The notes under the pieces: model-generated
What the model was told of the DNA's origin: nothing
The model's database searches: none
What the model saw: only the letters and a program-made list of their open reading frames with translations
Position numbers and translations under genes: made by a program
From: Parasitella parasitica NRRL 2501
Taxonomy: Eukaryota; Fungi; Mucoromycota
Direction: 5' to 3'
Assembly (NCBI GenBank): GCA_025201805.1
Contig: MU619290.1
Location: 58,568-122,567, forward strand
DNA: 64,000 nucleotides
Shown here: positions 50,861 through 63,700 of the stretch, one piece after another
How positions within the stretch are numbered: the first letter of the stretch is position 1
Layout of the letters: each line of letters begins with the position of its first letter

Positions 50861-52889
50861 ATGAGCTCCAAAAAAAGCTGGAAATTTTATGCTACCGTGG
50901 TTGTTGCTACCGCACTTGTTGGCACAGGCGCATTCATTCTTTCAAATCAACGGTCAAGTCTCAAGCGACGACAAACAAGTACGTACATATACATGCAATG
51001 GCTTTAATCTCTGCTTTATCAAGCATTCATTTATATAGAGAAGACTGTGCCGGATTTAACAGATGAGATGTACGAATCCATGACAGATAATGATATCGCT
51101 CTCCTAAGTGCTCAGGTATGTATACGTAATCTGCTTGGCTTTTGACATATTGTCTCAGTAATTGTCATTTTACGCAGCAACGTTTAACAGCGTCGACATC
51201 GCTTAAAGTCAAAGGAAATCAAGCGTTTACCGAAAAGAGATATTATAATGCTATTAAGCTATACACTCAGGCGACTCGCTTCTCGGCAGAACCGATCTTT
51301 TACTCTAACCGCGCTGCTTGTTTCTCAAATCTGGGGCAGATGGATCGAGTGATAGCCGATTGCAGTGAAGCATTGCGGTTAAATCCTACCTATATCCGGG
51401 CATTACAGAGAAGGGCGCAAGCATATGAAGTTATGGGCAATGAATCAAATGCATTATTTGGTATGCAGTATATACATAGGTCATTGCACAAAAGGGATGG
51501 CATCTCACTCGATTCCAACAGACTATACTGCAATTTTAATTTTAGAAGGCGTTAAAAATGAGCAGGCGTCAGAAGCGACTGAAAGATTGCTTGGATATAT
51601 CTCGGAGCAAAAGGCAAAAGAAATGATCAAGGTAAACCAACTTGTAATTTATCACTTGAAACCTATTTTTTCAACTGGGGAAAAAAAAAAAAAAAAATAG
51701 GGAAAACCACATAGACTTCCTTCTTCGATATTCATCAATGTCTATCTGAAATCGTTTGCTCCAGGTAATACGAATTTACATTCATATTGGCAATAAATTA
51801 TCTCTAACACTCGAAAAATAGATAAACATGATAGCGAACTGCCGTACGCCTTAAGCGAGGATGGAGGTGATGCCTATTTTGTTAAAGCCAGAGCCGCTTT
51901 GGCACAAAAGGACTACTACGAGTCTCTTGAACACATCAAGACGGCAGTAAAATTGGGATGTTCAAATCAAGCACTAGCACTTGACCTTAAAGGCACATTG
52001 AACTTCTTGGAAGGACAGTCTGATGCCGCTCTTGAGGCATTTGACCAAGCACTGATATTTGATCCTACTTGTATTCAAGTTTATATCAAGAAATCCGACG
52101 TCTATATGGAACAAGGAGATCTCAAAGCGGCACTCGCACAATTGGATATTGCTACCAAATTGAATCCTCTCGATGCTTATGTCTACTATCATCGAGGCCA
52201 GATATTTTATGTTAGTGGACAATACAATTTAGCATTGGAAGATTATACCGAAAGTATGCGTTTGGACCCAACATTTGTGTACTCACAAATTCAATTGGCT
52301 GTCGTTGAGCATAAACTTGGCCACCATGTGAAAGCAGTAAACATATTCCAGCAGGTGTCAGCACAGTTCCCTACCTGTGCAGAAGTTCACAACTACTATG
52401 GGGAAGTATTAATAGATCAGGGCAAGACCCAAGGCGCAATCGACATGTTTAACAAGGCCATGGCATTGGATCCAAGTCATCCAATTCCGTACATCAACAA
52501 AGCCATGGTCTTGTACCAACATTTAGGAAACCCAGAGGAAGCGATTCAATTATGCAAAAATGCACTGGATGGTATAGGATGATTATGCTCTTATCAAATA
52601 ACAAGCTGACAAGCACTTGTAACATTTATAGCTGATCCCGCTTGTGACGCTGCTGTTGCTTCGGTAGCACAAATGTTGATTGAGCAGGATCGACCATGGG
52701 AAGCATTAGTCTACTATGAAAAGGCAATGGATCTTGCGAGAACTCAGGCTGAACTAGAGCATGCCATTAGTTACGTGGAAGCCACTAAAGCACAAATCAG
52801 GCAAGCTCGTGGCGGTACAAAGTCAAATGTTGTGCTAACAAATGTATTTTTTTTTTTTTTTTTTTAGATTTAGAGAGGAATACGTTTAA
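50861..52889 (+). CDS. TOM70: Tom70-like TPR mitochondrial import receptor
   Basis: N-terminal anchor, LKVKGNQAF..FYSNRAAC clamp TPR, RLPSSIFINVYL, YYHRGQ, FVYSQIQLAV and EVHNYYGEVL. Confidence 0.85.
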
Positions 52890-53048
52890 AGTATTCTCAA
52901 TTTATAAAAAGAAAGTCTTTAATGAGCACCCTATCCAATTGGATGAATAATTGCCCAGGACAGATCAAAGATTGTAATTAGAGTCTAATCGAAATGGAAG
53001 GTAAAAAGGAATGGCAGGTGCATATGGTGAGATTATCACAAAGGGATA

Positions 53049-54329
53049 CAGTGCTTCCCACTCGCAAATTACCGAATGTTTGAAAAGACCGCCCACTATT
53101 TTGAGGCTAAATTGCCCATACAAAGCAGACTAGTTTGGCCGGATGTTTGAAGTTAATTTGACCAGTTTTTATTTAATTTATGGAATGCTGAATGAAATTC
53201 TGCAAATGTTCAACAGCAACATCTTTGTTTCCTTCAACAACCCTTGATGTGAGGATTTCTACATCGGTCAACTTACTTTCCTCTACCTCTATCCTTCAAA
53301 ACTTTCCAAAACTGCTCGATAGGGTTGAGCTTTAGTGAGGGGGAGGGGGGGGGGGATAGGGTAAGAAATATACAGGTATTTTAACTTGTTTGATAATTAT
53401 AGAAACAACGATATCATGGCTATGAATTGGGGGGGGGGCATTGTCCATAACAACATGAAAGTCTTTCATGTTGGGAAATCCATTCATGATGTCTAATGTG
53501 TCACTGATAAACTGGGCGAAATGGCCGGCTATAGTTCCTCTTAGTATAGCGCCGGGTGCTTTTCTTTTGACGGCGCCTACAACCCTTCTTTTTTTGACGT
53601 ATCGTGGCTCCCTTTTACTTACATTAAACACACCAAATGCCTCCGAATTGCACTCGCAGACGGCGATTCTATGATTGCCCGAGTGCCACGCTTTGACCGA
53701 CGCATGTTTATATCGGAGCCTAATTCATCAAGAAATGCACAATTTTGCATATACAACAGCATGACTTTCTTAACCCATTCCTCCACAAACTTAGCACGGC
53801 GATTTGTTTTTTGACAGGGGAGTTTTTTTTCCAGGATCTTTGTTATATGCTGTCTTCCATTTTCTTGCAGTTTCGTAATGGACATTGACTGCTTTAGCTG
53901 CTTGAGAAGGTGTCATAAGTTTATCGTCGTCGATTTTCATCCGTATGACTATTGTAGACTGATTTTCGTTCTTTTTTTTTTTTGGGAGCTGCTTCTTCCA
54001 TATCAGCGTCTTTGGGTTCTTTGTTCTTGACGTATTTGTGGGGATTCGTCAAATTTGTCAGTCGAAATGATGATTCTACAACAAAGTATGACGCTTCCTT
54101 GTCAGACTCGTCTACGATTCCACGCCTACCATCTTTGTGGAAGCTATTCATTTCAGCGAGTTACGGTATAAAGAACGGGAACATCCAAAACAAAAAAGTT
54201 GGTTAAACTATTTGCAAAATGTGGTCCCAAAACTGGTCTCCTTTGTTTGGGCAATTTAGTCCCGCACAAGAGCCAAAATAGTGGGCGGTCTTTTTCAAGC
54301 ATTCGGTAAATTGAAAGTGGGAAGCATTG
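53049..54329 (-). mobile_element. Decayed Tc1/mariner (IS630-like DDE) DNA transposon with ~60-bp TIRs and TA target-site duplication
   Basis: Left end TA|CAGTGCTTCCCACTCGCAAATTACCGAATGTTTGAAAAGACCGCCCACTATTTTG. Right end CAAAATAGTGGGCGGTCTTTTTCAAGCATTCGGTAAATTGAAAGTGGGAAGCATTG|TA. Confidence 0.92.
53160..54151 (-). pseudogene. Frameshifted Tc1-type transposase fragments
   Basis: FLDELG, VMDNAP..IH and LPYP..(K)LNPIEQF are spread over several frames with stops. Confidence 0.85.
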
Positions 54330-54518
54330 TATCCCCAATGCAGCTGCTAAACTACAGACGTTAAAATAGTCTGGGGGCGTCACAGCAAACCGATGGCTTG
54401 TGTGTGTCAAAAAAAAAAAAAAAAAAAAAAAAAAAAACGCATTTGAACTATATCAAGTCGGCATACTCGCGATTTTCTTTTCTCTCTTTTTTCTTTATCG
54501 TGTTTATATATTAATAAA

Positions 54519-55318
54519 ATGTCTGCTGAAGATCTCTTGAACGATACATTCCTGGTGCTTGAGGAAGAAACCTTGAAGGCCAATGAGCAAGTGCAAGCTT
54601 TTCAACGCAAGCTTATGGATCCCATTTGGCATAAACGTCGTGAATTGGTAAAGAAGATTCCAAACTTTTGGGGCACAGCCGTAAGTATATGTAGAGGCGG
54701 GGGGAGGGCGTCGTCAATTCAGCTGAATTAAGGTATCTGTGTAGATTGGTAACTCTCCCATGTTTGCTATCAACCCATCTGAAAACGACTTGGAGGCTTT
54801 GGATAATTTGACTGATTTCCACGTTGAGTATGACCATGACAAGCCTGATTATCGTAAAATCGTTGCTGTAAGTAATACACACACCCAATGGCATATTCTG
54901 CATCTTTATTAAACTTTTGTGGTTTGAGCAGACTTTCAAAAAGAACAGCGTCTTCAAGAATGAGACCTTGACCAAGGAAATCACTGTTGATCCTGAAAGC
55001 GATGGCACTACTGTCAGCAAGACCACCATTGAGTACCATGAGAATAAGGGCCCTAGCAATAAACGCAAGGCATCTGGTGATGATGAGGACGAGGACGACG
55101 ACTTTAACGTTTCTTTTGTTGACTGGTTTGGCGATGACGATGTTCGTGCCGGTATCATCCTCTCTGAGGATATCTTCCCTAACGCTATTGAATATTACCA
55201 AGGTCCTGGTGAATCTGAGGATGAGGACGAAGATGCTGAAATCGATCTTGACGATTCCGAAGGCGAGGATGAGGACGAAGAAGACGAGAAGCCCAAAACC
55301 AAGAAGGCCAAAAAGTAG
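54519..55318 (+). CDS. NAP/SET-family histone chaperone (Vps75/SET-like)
   Basis: KRRELVKKIPNFW, FKKNSVFKNETLTKE, SFVDWF, DIFPNAIEYY, and an acidic tail with an NLS. Two introns. Confidence 0.9.
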
Positions 55319-55734
55319 TTTTTTCAATTTTCAAGCGTAAATATGTAATAGTAAACTAATCAATAAAAGCGCATGAAATCCATGTATAGCCATTATTCAT
55401 GTAAAAATGCTTATTGATTTAAATTAATTTTTTTTTCTTCTTCCTACATTTATAAACATTTGAGGTCTTCCTGCTCTAACCTCTGTGCGTGGACAGAGTC
55501 GTGTGCTGCAAACTCAACAAGCCTGTAAATTTTGTAGCTGGGAGAAACTGGGCTATTCCAACAATGATGAACCAAAGCCCTAAATCCAAGGAATCCGAAA
55601 TACAAAGCCTTGTAGCAAGCATCAACAAGAAACGCACATAAGCCATGTACAATCATCGTCATTCAATAACTAATTTATTTTTAATTGTGTTGACCCACAT
55701 AATAAAAGGAAAAAAGCAGAGTGAAAAGACTAGT

Positions 55735-56624
55735 TTAAACCTTGAAACCACGAGAGGCACGCTTACCACGAGCACGCTCGAACTTGCGACCCTTGGAACG
55801 GACGAAAGGCTTCTTGTTCTTATGGGGACCCATACCGAAATGTTTGACGGATTCGCGAGAGTTCTATATAGAAATTGTTAATTTACAGATATCCTAATTT
55901 GCCTTTTTTTTTAAAAAAAAAAATAACCACATTACCTTGGCACCACGGACGAGAATGGTGTTGGCACCAGTAGGAGCACGGAGAGCCAATTGATCCAAGG
56001 TCAAAACCTCACCACCAGCCTTCAAGATGCGAGCCTTGGCAGTCTTGGTAAAGTGGAGAGCAGCGACAGAAAGCTTGGGGAGGTCCAAGAGACGAGAATC
56101 GTCGGTGACGGAACCAACAACGACAACAGTCTTACCTTCCTTGTTGTTCTTGACGATGCGAGAAACGGTAACAGGAGGACGGTTGACACGAGACATAAAG
56201 AGACGCTTCAATACAACCTTGTTAAAGTTGGCATCGGTACGACGAGCAAGGAAACGGTAGAGCTACACACGAAGATCAGCATGATATCAAAAAGAAAGAA
56301 AAAATCCGCACAAAACCCCAATATTTACCTTAACCAACAAGGCCAAGTAGACATTGTCAGACTTGGGAGCTGTACGGTTACTGTTTTTGACGTGATGTTT
56401 CTTTAAGTCAATACCCTAAATGCCATAGATTGAATCTGATTTTTAGTCGGCTGAACGCCAAGGAAGCAACTCGAAAAGCACAAACAGCAACAATCGATGC
56501 ATTTTCGAAAATGGCAACTTGAACCCCATCCATCAATCCATCCGTCTCAGATCATCCATTTCAGACATCGAGTTGTTGCTTTTCGAGTTGCCTATCCAAG
56601 AAAAAAAAAATCGATATTTACCAT
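55735..56624 (-). CDS. RPL18: 60S ribosomal protein L18 (eL18); first coding exon is ATG only
   Basis: M|[42 protein letters not shown] and [12 protein letters not shown]. Confidence 0.97.
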
Positions 56625-56882
56625 TGTAGTAGATGTTTTGACAGCTGAAGTAAAGAAGGATCTATCGTCTCACTCCCCCATCTCTACTGTATAGGCTCTG
56701 TCTCCCTTTCCACACCTGCCCCCCCCTCCCCCCAGTTTGCCCTCCATTTACACAATTCCACTCCCGGCATCGCTACAAACACCTCTTCGATCCATCAACT
56801 TTTTGAAGATTACGGTACAGGAGTCACGATTGAAAAAGGCCCACGGCCAATACAGCTGAACCCCTCTTTCCATATCTTACAC

Positions 56883-57615
56883 ATGATTCATTCGACAATA
56901 GCGACGAATAAAAGCAAGGAATATGAAAAGCTCATGCTTGATCTTGAAGTCTATTCGAACAAGATGAAAACCACCTTGAAATTTGTGGAAACCACCATTC
57001 AAAGTGAAGAGTCTCTGCTGCATGCCATGAATAAAACTTACCAAAGCAGGCTGGAGGAACTCAACGGTATGCCAAACACAACAATAAGACTAAAAACGGA
57101 CACGTTGCTTATAAAGTCTAAACAGAAAGGAAAGAGAGTCTGCAGGACACCATAGCTCAGCAGAAGCGAAACATTGCCCAAGTGGAGCAGAGTAAGTTGA
57201 GTTCAGTTCATTGACATGTGCATCCACAGCCACTGACAGCAACCAGAATTACCGCACACAAAAGACATTGCCTTGGCAAGCCGGGTGATCAAGGAGCAAG
57301 AAGAAACAAACAGACTAATGAAAACTAGACAGGCCTTGATAGCCAAACGCAACGAATTGAATCAGAGAATCGTGGAAAAAAAGCAACAAGAGGCCAACAA
57401 GACTTTGATTGAGAAGCGAAACGGACTACTGAATGAGCTAGAATTGAACGCATATAGACATGCTCTGCAGCTGGAAATTATCAACAGATATGGTAAAAAA
57501 AAAAAAAAAAACTGTGGCTGTTTGGGGGAGGGCAACTACCATGTTGGGACTGACACGTTAGCGCATAGATGCAATCAAGTTTGAGTTCAAATGTATAGAC
57601 AAGAAAGTACCTGAA
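56883..57615 (+). CDS. Hypothetical small coiled-coil protein (multi-exon; start and end uncertain)
   Basis: Open heptad-rich segments separated by GT-AG introns near 57068, 57193 and 57492. Confidence 0.5.
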
Positions 57616-57863
57616 AAGATATACTCCCTCTCCCTCACCATCAACGAATCGAACTCGTATACAGTGACTGAATGTCATCCCGATTCAGCATTGCCAGAAA
57701 TTTCAAAACTGTTGGTTGCCTTGAACCAAGATCGTGAGCTGTTTGTGTTCATAAAGGGTGTTAGAAGGGTGTTTCAAGAATTTGCGAGGTCCTAAAATCT
57801 GCTTATGATGTCTAATTTTCGCACTGTTATAATACCACACACTCGAACAAACAGTTGAATATA

Positions 57864-57888
57864 TAAATAAATAAATAAATAAATAAAT
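57864..57888. repeat. (AAAT)n microsatellite
   Basis: About 6 tandem AAAT units, seen directly. Confidence 0.85.
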
Positions 57889-58006
57889 GAAAAAGGATAC
57901 GTGGCCATGCTCAAAGATCAGCACTCAAACATGTTGTTATAATATCGTACAATCTGACGCTTGGAAAATCCAAAGGGCTAACGTCGAGAAGGCAGGCCCA
58001 TGTTAT

Positions 58007-60654
58007 TTATTTATAAAGTCTATACATGGCGGGGAGATCCTTCTTGTTTGATGTCAAACGCCTGAAACTATGCAAATCGATAAACGGTTTTTGATCAATT
58101 GACAAATCAATCAAGGTGGGGTTGCTCTTTTGCTCTTTACTCTCAACCGCAATGGCTGAATTTGGCAGAGACGGAGTGGTATGGCTCGACAGGTTTGTAA
58201 ATGAGCGGTTTTTCAGTCGTAGAGAGGAGAATCTTCGTCTGTCCAAGGTAGACTTCTCGCTTGCTGACTTTTTCATAGTGGCCATCATTTGCTGCGTATG
58301 ATCTGCCTCGCTGAGGAGGTGTTTCAGAGACCTTATCCACGCATAATGCGCCGCAAAATCTAGACACTGGACCTGTATGCCTCTTGAGGGCGATTTGATA
58401 TATATGCCTGGCGGCTTTGATTGCTCGTGTGGTGCCAATACCATAAACGACTGGACCAAAACTACACAAATCAAATTTACACAGTTTGTATTAGATTTTT
58501 TTTTTTTGGCCGGTCTATGCTGCCCTATGTAAAATTTCGTATACCACTCTTTGTAGTGCATTCACTGCTGTAGATTCCAGGTTCCCGGCTACTCCAGTAC
58601 AGTGTTTGGGTATACGGATGGATCCAGAAGAATCGGCAATGTCTGTTTTCCGAAATACCACTACCCACTACCTTTCTGGTGTACTTCCACATCCAGTCGC
58701 CTATCATGGTACGGGTTACTGCATTTGCTGCTGATTCGCCGTCGTCGTCGTCGCCCTCTCCGTCCTGTCTACTGAAAGCAGCGTCTATATTGAAATCGTC
58801 GTCATCGAAATTCAGCTTGAAAGATGGCGATTTCTGCTTCTGCTTATCCGCAGTTCTCTTGTCCCGTGCGGATCTGTAAATGTAACTCCTGGGCTCTCTG
58901 ATCAGAGATCCGTAGAGTTCATTGTTGGAAGCAATCTTTTGCAATTGCACTTGTTCATGGTTGCTGCTGTCGCTTGTAGTCGATGTCGATGTAAACGATG
59001 AAAACAGGTCGTGATTGGAGATTGATGGCAGCTCGACACATGTTAAAGCAACTGTCCTTTCCGGCGCTGCTTGGTACAAATGAAGGGATGCGGTGCTTAG
59101 GGCTTGCTGGCAACGTCTACCACTTTCATTATGCACACTGGTTCCAGGCGATGATGGCATCAGGTTTCCCGTTGATCCAGCCAGAGACAGTTCGTCGCCG
59201 AGGGATTTGTCTCTTTGAGGATGATAGGGAGATGAGGTTGCAATCGCCAAGCGCTTTCTGCTTTGACTAGGTTCTCTTGGCGATCGTAGAGATCTACGCA
59301 GCCTCCTGCTTGAACCAGAAGCGGGGGAGCTTGGTGATAGCAGAGTATTGGCAATGGGGGAGTACTGTCGAAGCTGTGGTGTTGATGGTGAATAATGATG
59401 ACTGTTCATTTGCTCAATGGTTTCTTGGGCTTCCCTGAGTAGCTTGTCAATCTCAATGCGCTCTTCTCTTTCTCCCTCTATTTTTGCTTGCATCGTTTGG
59501 ATAATGTCGTGCGCTTGATCCAAGGAAGTCTTTAGAGCCCTTACCTCTGCCTCGTGTCGCGCTGCTAGTGATTTTGAATGCGGAATCGTGCTCTGATGTG
59601 GCGCATTCACTGCAGGCGCTAATGCGGTTATTGCTGGGTCGTTTTCGTTATTTGGCGTCGAGCAGTTGACATGTCGCAGTGCGTTTTGCTGCTGTATAAC
59701 ATCTTGTTGTATAGCCAAGACTTGTTGCAGTTGCCTTGATATCTGGTCTTTCTCTAGACGCAACGTAAGCAGCGTCTTTTTCAGTGCTATTGTTTCCTGC
59801 TCATGCTGCTCCTGCGCCAATGCAAGGTCTGTTTCCCAAGTGTGTTGTATCATCTTGTAATGCTCAACCTCCTGGCAAAGTTTGGCCTCCTCGCTTGCCA
59901 GCCGGTTCTGCTCTGTTGTGGATCTGGAGAGATTCTGTGACAGATCGTGTACCTTTTGCAGCAGCTCTTGCTTGTTGAGCTCAAGATTCCATATCTCGTC
60001 CTTGTATCTCTCTGTCAAAAAAAAAAAAAAAAAAAATCCGATCAGCAAGTGTAGCATGTGTGTGGAAATGGAAGTTTGCACTTGTGTACCTTCTGTTTGA
60101 GCCTTTCCTTTCAACAGCTTATCAAGCTTAACAATCTCCTGCTGCTTGTCTGCCTTTTCGATCTCAAGTGCTGTGAGGGCATGCTGATACTCTTCCAGGA
60201 AGCCCTGCATCTTCAAAACCTCATTCAATAGCCCGTGTCCAACTACAACGCCAAGCTCATCTTGTGTTTGCGTATCCGTATTGACGGTGGATCGTTCCGC
60301 CTTGCTATTGCTGGATAAGACACCCACGGAAGAGAAATCTGCCGAAGAATAGCTTGTATATGAGCCAGGTGAGTCGTCAGAGTAATCGTTGCTAGGCGAT
60401 ATGGAATCGCGTCTGCTGTTGGCAATATTGGGAGAAACTGAATTCTGCTGAGGATTTCATGAGTCGCTCTCTCTCTCTCTAGGAATACATGTTCCATGTT
60501 TGCACTTACTATGGCCAAGTCAGCTGGACGTGGTTGTTGTTGCTGTCGTTGTACCTGAAAGTTTTTGTTATTATTTTAGCATTAAAAGCAACGAGTTTTA
60601 CATGTCTCAGCCGATTACCTTTTCAATCGAAAGGTTGGGGGACGATTTTGTCAT
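58007..60654 (-). CDS. Num1/ApsA/Mcp5-like cortical anchor (coiled coil + C-terminal PH domain)
   Basis: N-terminal coiled coil; TRTMIGDWMWKYTRK..RHCRFFWIHPYTQTLYWS PH signature; start MTKSSPNLSIEK|. Confidence 0.8.
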
Positions 60655-60782
60655 GATGATTTTCCTCCTCTCGCAAACGACGAAAAGAAAATAGAAAGAG
60701 GGCAAATGGAGATATCTTTTATGTACTTGTACATCTCGGAAAAATAAACGCTACCAACTTTTTATTATAATAAAAATACAGG

Positions 60783-63700
60783 TTAACCTCTGATGAAAAT
60801 CGCGCCTGTCTTGTCGACCTTTGAGCTTTTGTCAATATGATCCAACCCAATCATATCGCCTACATTGTATGGGTGAGTAGAGAACAAATGCTCATCTTGA
60901 TCACTGATCTGCGTAGTGTTTTCTTCGTCATCAGATACAATGTTAATTTTGACTTTACTCCATTCATTGTCGTCTAAACCAGTGCGGGCCTGAAGCCTCT
61001 TTTTTGTGTCAGCCAAGGGCTCATGCTACGTGGATAGTTTTTTTTTTTTTTAGTAACCCACTCATGCCCGTGACGTATCTATGCAACATACCTCTTTGAG
61101 TAGAAATTTGAATGGCACTGAATGTGTGCGACTTGGTATGCGTTGGAAATGAAAGACGTTGATGAGTGTGTCTGCTGCATCTACGTTGCTCTCGAGTTCG
61201 TCATCTGGAATATTCTCTGCATAGACTTTTATGGCGGGTCGTGTGGCAACGTCCATTCTCCATGACCTGTCATTGTATTCTTTGTCAAACTTGCCGTCCA
61301 TTTCATCGTAAATGCGAATACGATCCAAGTCTTGTGCAAGTTTGTCATCTTTTGCTACTAGGGCTGCCTTCAAATCGTGGATGCCACTGTCTTTGGGCAT
61401 TAAAATCTCCACAATATGTGCATCTCTCAAGGTAGGGGCACAGACAGTTACCGTCACTGGGCACTTGGACTCCATCTCTTCCAAACTAACATCTAGTTTC
61501 TCGTACAAAAGAGTTGCTTTGTTGGCAGGCACCGGGTTGCCTCCGGCAAAAGTATGCTGGAAGATTTTACCAAGTTTCAATCCAGAAAACCGTTTGTGCG
61601 GCAGTTTGCTCATGTTGCTAGGGTTGATTAGGCGAAGCTTGTCGCCATCTACACCTATCTCTTTGGCGACAATGGCGGTGATTTCTTCGTATAGCATTTC
61701 CTTGTGCAAGGACAATCGCAAGTCAGGCTGCTCCCCATCAGGATAAAGCGGTGAAAAGAGTACGGTAACTCTACCGTTCTTGTACTCCATGAACGAGGCC
61801 ACTGTAGCTTTGCCCCCGTTTTGCTCAATGATAGCTTCTTCTTGAGGCGACAGTTTTCTTTGGACGCAGAGAATATCACCGTCTTGTAGTTCAGCTTGGT
61901 TGAACGATAATTCGGTATCAACTAAATCAATCATAGTAGACTTGATTTCTTCGTAAATACAAATGTCGTCGCTCTCCTCAAAGCCAGCCAATTGCTTCAG
62001 CGTGCCAACAATTGATTTCACCTTGGCGTCCTTTTGTGCATACAAATGGGTTAAACCTCTATCATTTGTAAAAAAAAAAAAAGTCAATCGTTGCTAGGTA
62101 AACTGTTAAAGTAGGACACTTACTGGATTTTTTGAAGTTCTGGGCTAAACAACTTTATGAAAATCAGTATGGCAGGAGACTGCTGTGGTTGAGGTGGGAA
62201 TAACGCAACATTATTCTCATCAAACTTGGTTGCTCTTTCCAAATACAATCTTAGATTCACCTGATTTGTCGCATATCTCAGACGAATTTCATCAACAGTT
62301 GAATTGTGATCTTCAGGAGAGATTGGGACATCGATGCGAACAGTGCGGTTTTGTCGGTTCACCATGAGCCACAGTCTAAAGTCAGAAGGAGCTAAACCGA
62401 GACCAGCGGCAATGTCTTCCTTGAAATCGCTGAACAATTGATTCTTCAGAATTCTTGATACAATAATATGGTTGTCAGCAGCATCCTTTTCGTCGAAATT
62501 AGCAAAGTCGAATTCAGTATTGGCTCTAAAAGTGTCGTCATCAGCAATGAATGCCTTCATGTAGAGGTGTTGTTCTTCTTTATCTTTGCGTCTTTGCTCG
62601 CGGATACGAGCTTCTTCCTCGAGACGCTCGCCCAAATGTCTTGGAATGTCGTGCTCAGTGACAGGTGCTAGAACCTGATCCAGCATACACTCTCGAATAT
62701 AAACCAACATGTACGCATTTGTGAAGCGGTTCATGGGGCGTCCGTTGGGGCGCATGTTGACTCCTGGGATGCCTAGTTGCTCGCCGCCGTAGTTTTCTTC
62801 TAAAACCTCCTTGAGTGAAGATGGGATTACTCGGTCATCGTCAAATTTGAACCAATTTCCATCTTTCTCGGGCTTTACAAACGCAAAATAATGGCCACCG
62901 CTCAGATCACCGCTATGAACAAGGACGCCATGAAGGACATACTTGTGGCCCCGTGATTTATCTGCATTTTCACTGAGATAGGGCTCAAGGTCAATCTCTG
63001 TGGGGAATTCGTGTCGGTCGTTGATCTTTTTTGAGACTGTGTGTTAGTACAAGAAAACGAAGAGAGCTGCGTCTAAAACGGCTTGTTACCTTGACCATCA
63101 TATCTCGCATCATGTCATACTCAAATCTCTTTAATTGCAAATGTAAAACTGGAGGGAATGATTCAAATATAACGCCCTTTTTGGCATCTTGTAGGCCATG
63201 TCCTTCAGCCATATATTTGTTATCACCTTCCAACGTTTCTTCGATAATGTAATCCATAAAAGATTCTTCAAGATTTTTGCAGCCCTTGACATTTAATTGA
63301 ATATCTAACCCAAGAGAAAAGACAATTTGGTATATGAGAGCAGCTCATTTTCTCTATTTTTTTTTTTTTTCTTTTTTTTTTACCATAATAATCTTCAGCT
63401 CGAGACGATTCATATTTGACATTGATACATTTGATATAACTCTTCATTCTACCAACAAACAAGTTCTTGATAGCACCATCTGCAGGTGTATTTTTCATCT
63501 TAATCTCGAGATTATCCTGCAAAACTCGGTTGAATTCTTGCACATCATGCTGTCGGAAGGCTTCCAACGAATCCCAGCCAAACGACTTTGTCAATTCCGT
63601 TGTACCCGCTGCCTGGTTGGAGAATTGCAGATTGTAGAAAACTCTCTGGAGCGCCAATGCAATGCTTTTGGTCGGCTCATCATGCTCTGTCGGTATCTGA

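Noticed and set aside
54613-55327. Long antisense ORFs (181 and 185 aa), and similar ones opposite CBF5, RPL18 and UBP15
   Set aside because: Shadows of codon-biased real genes on the other strand.
55550-55580. snR30/U17 m1/m2 motifs or a SECIS element
   Set aside because: Motifs are imperfect and too close together with no terminal ACA. There is no SECIS core and no in-frame UGA in neighbouring genes.
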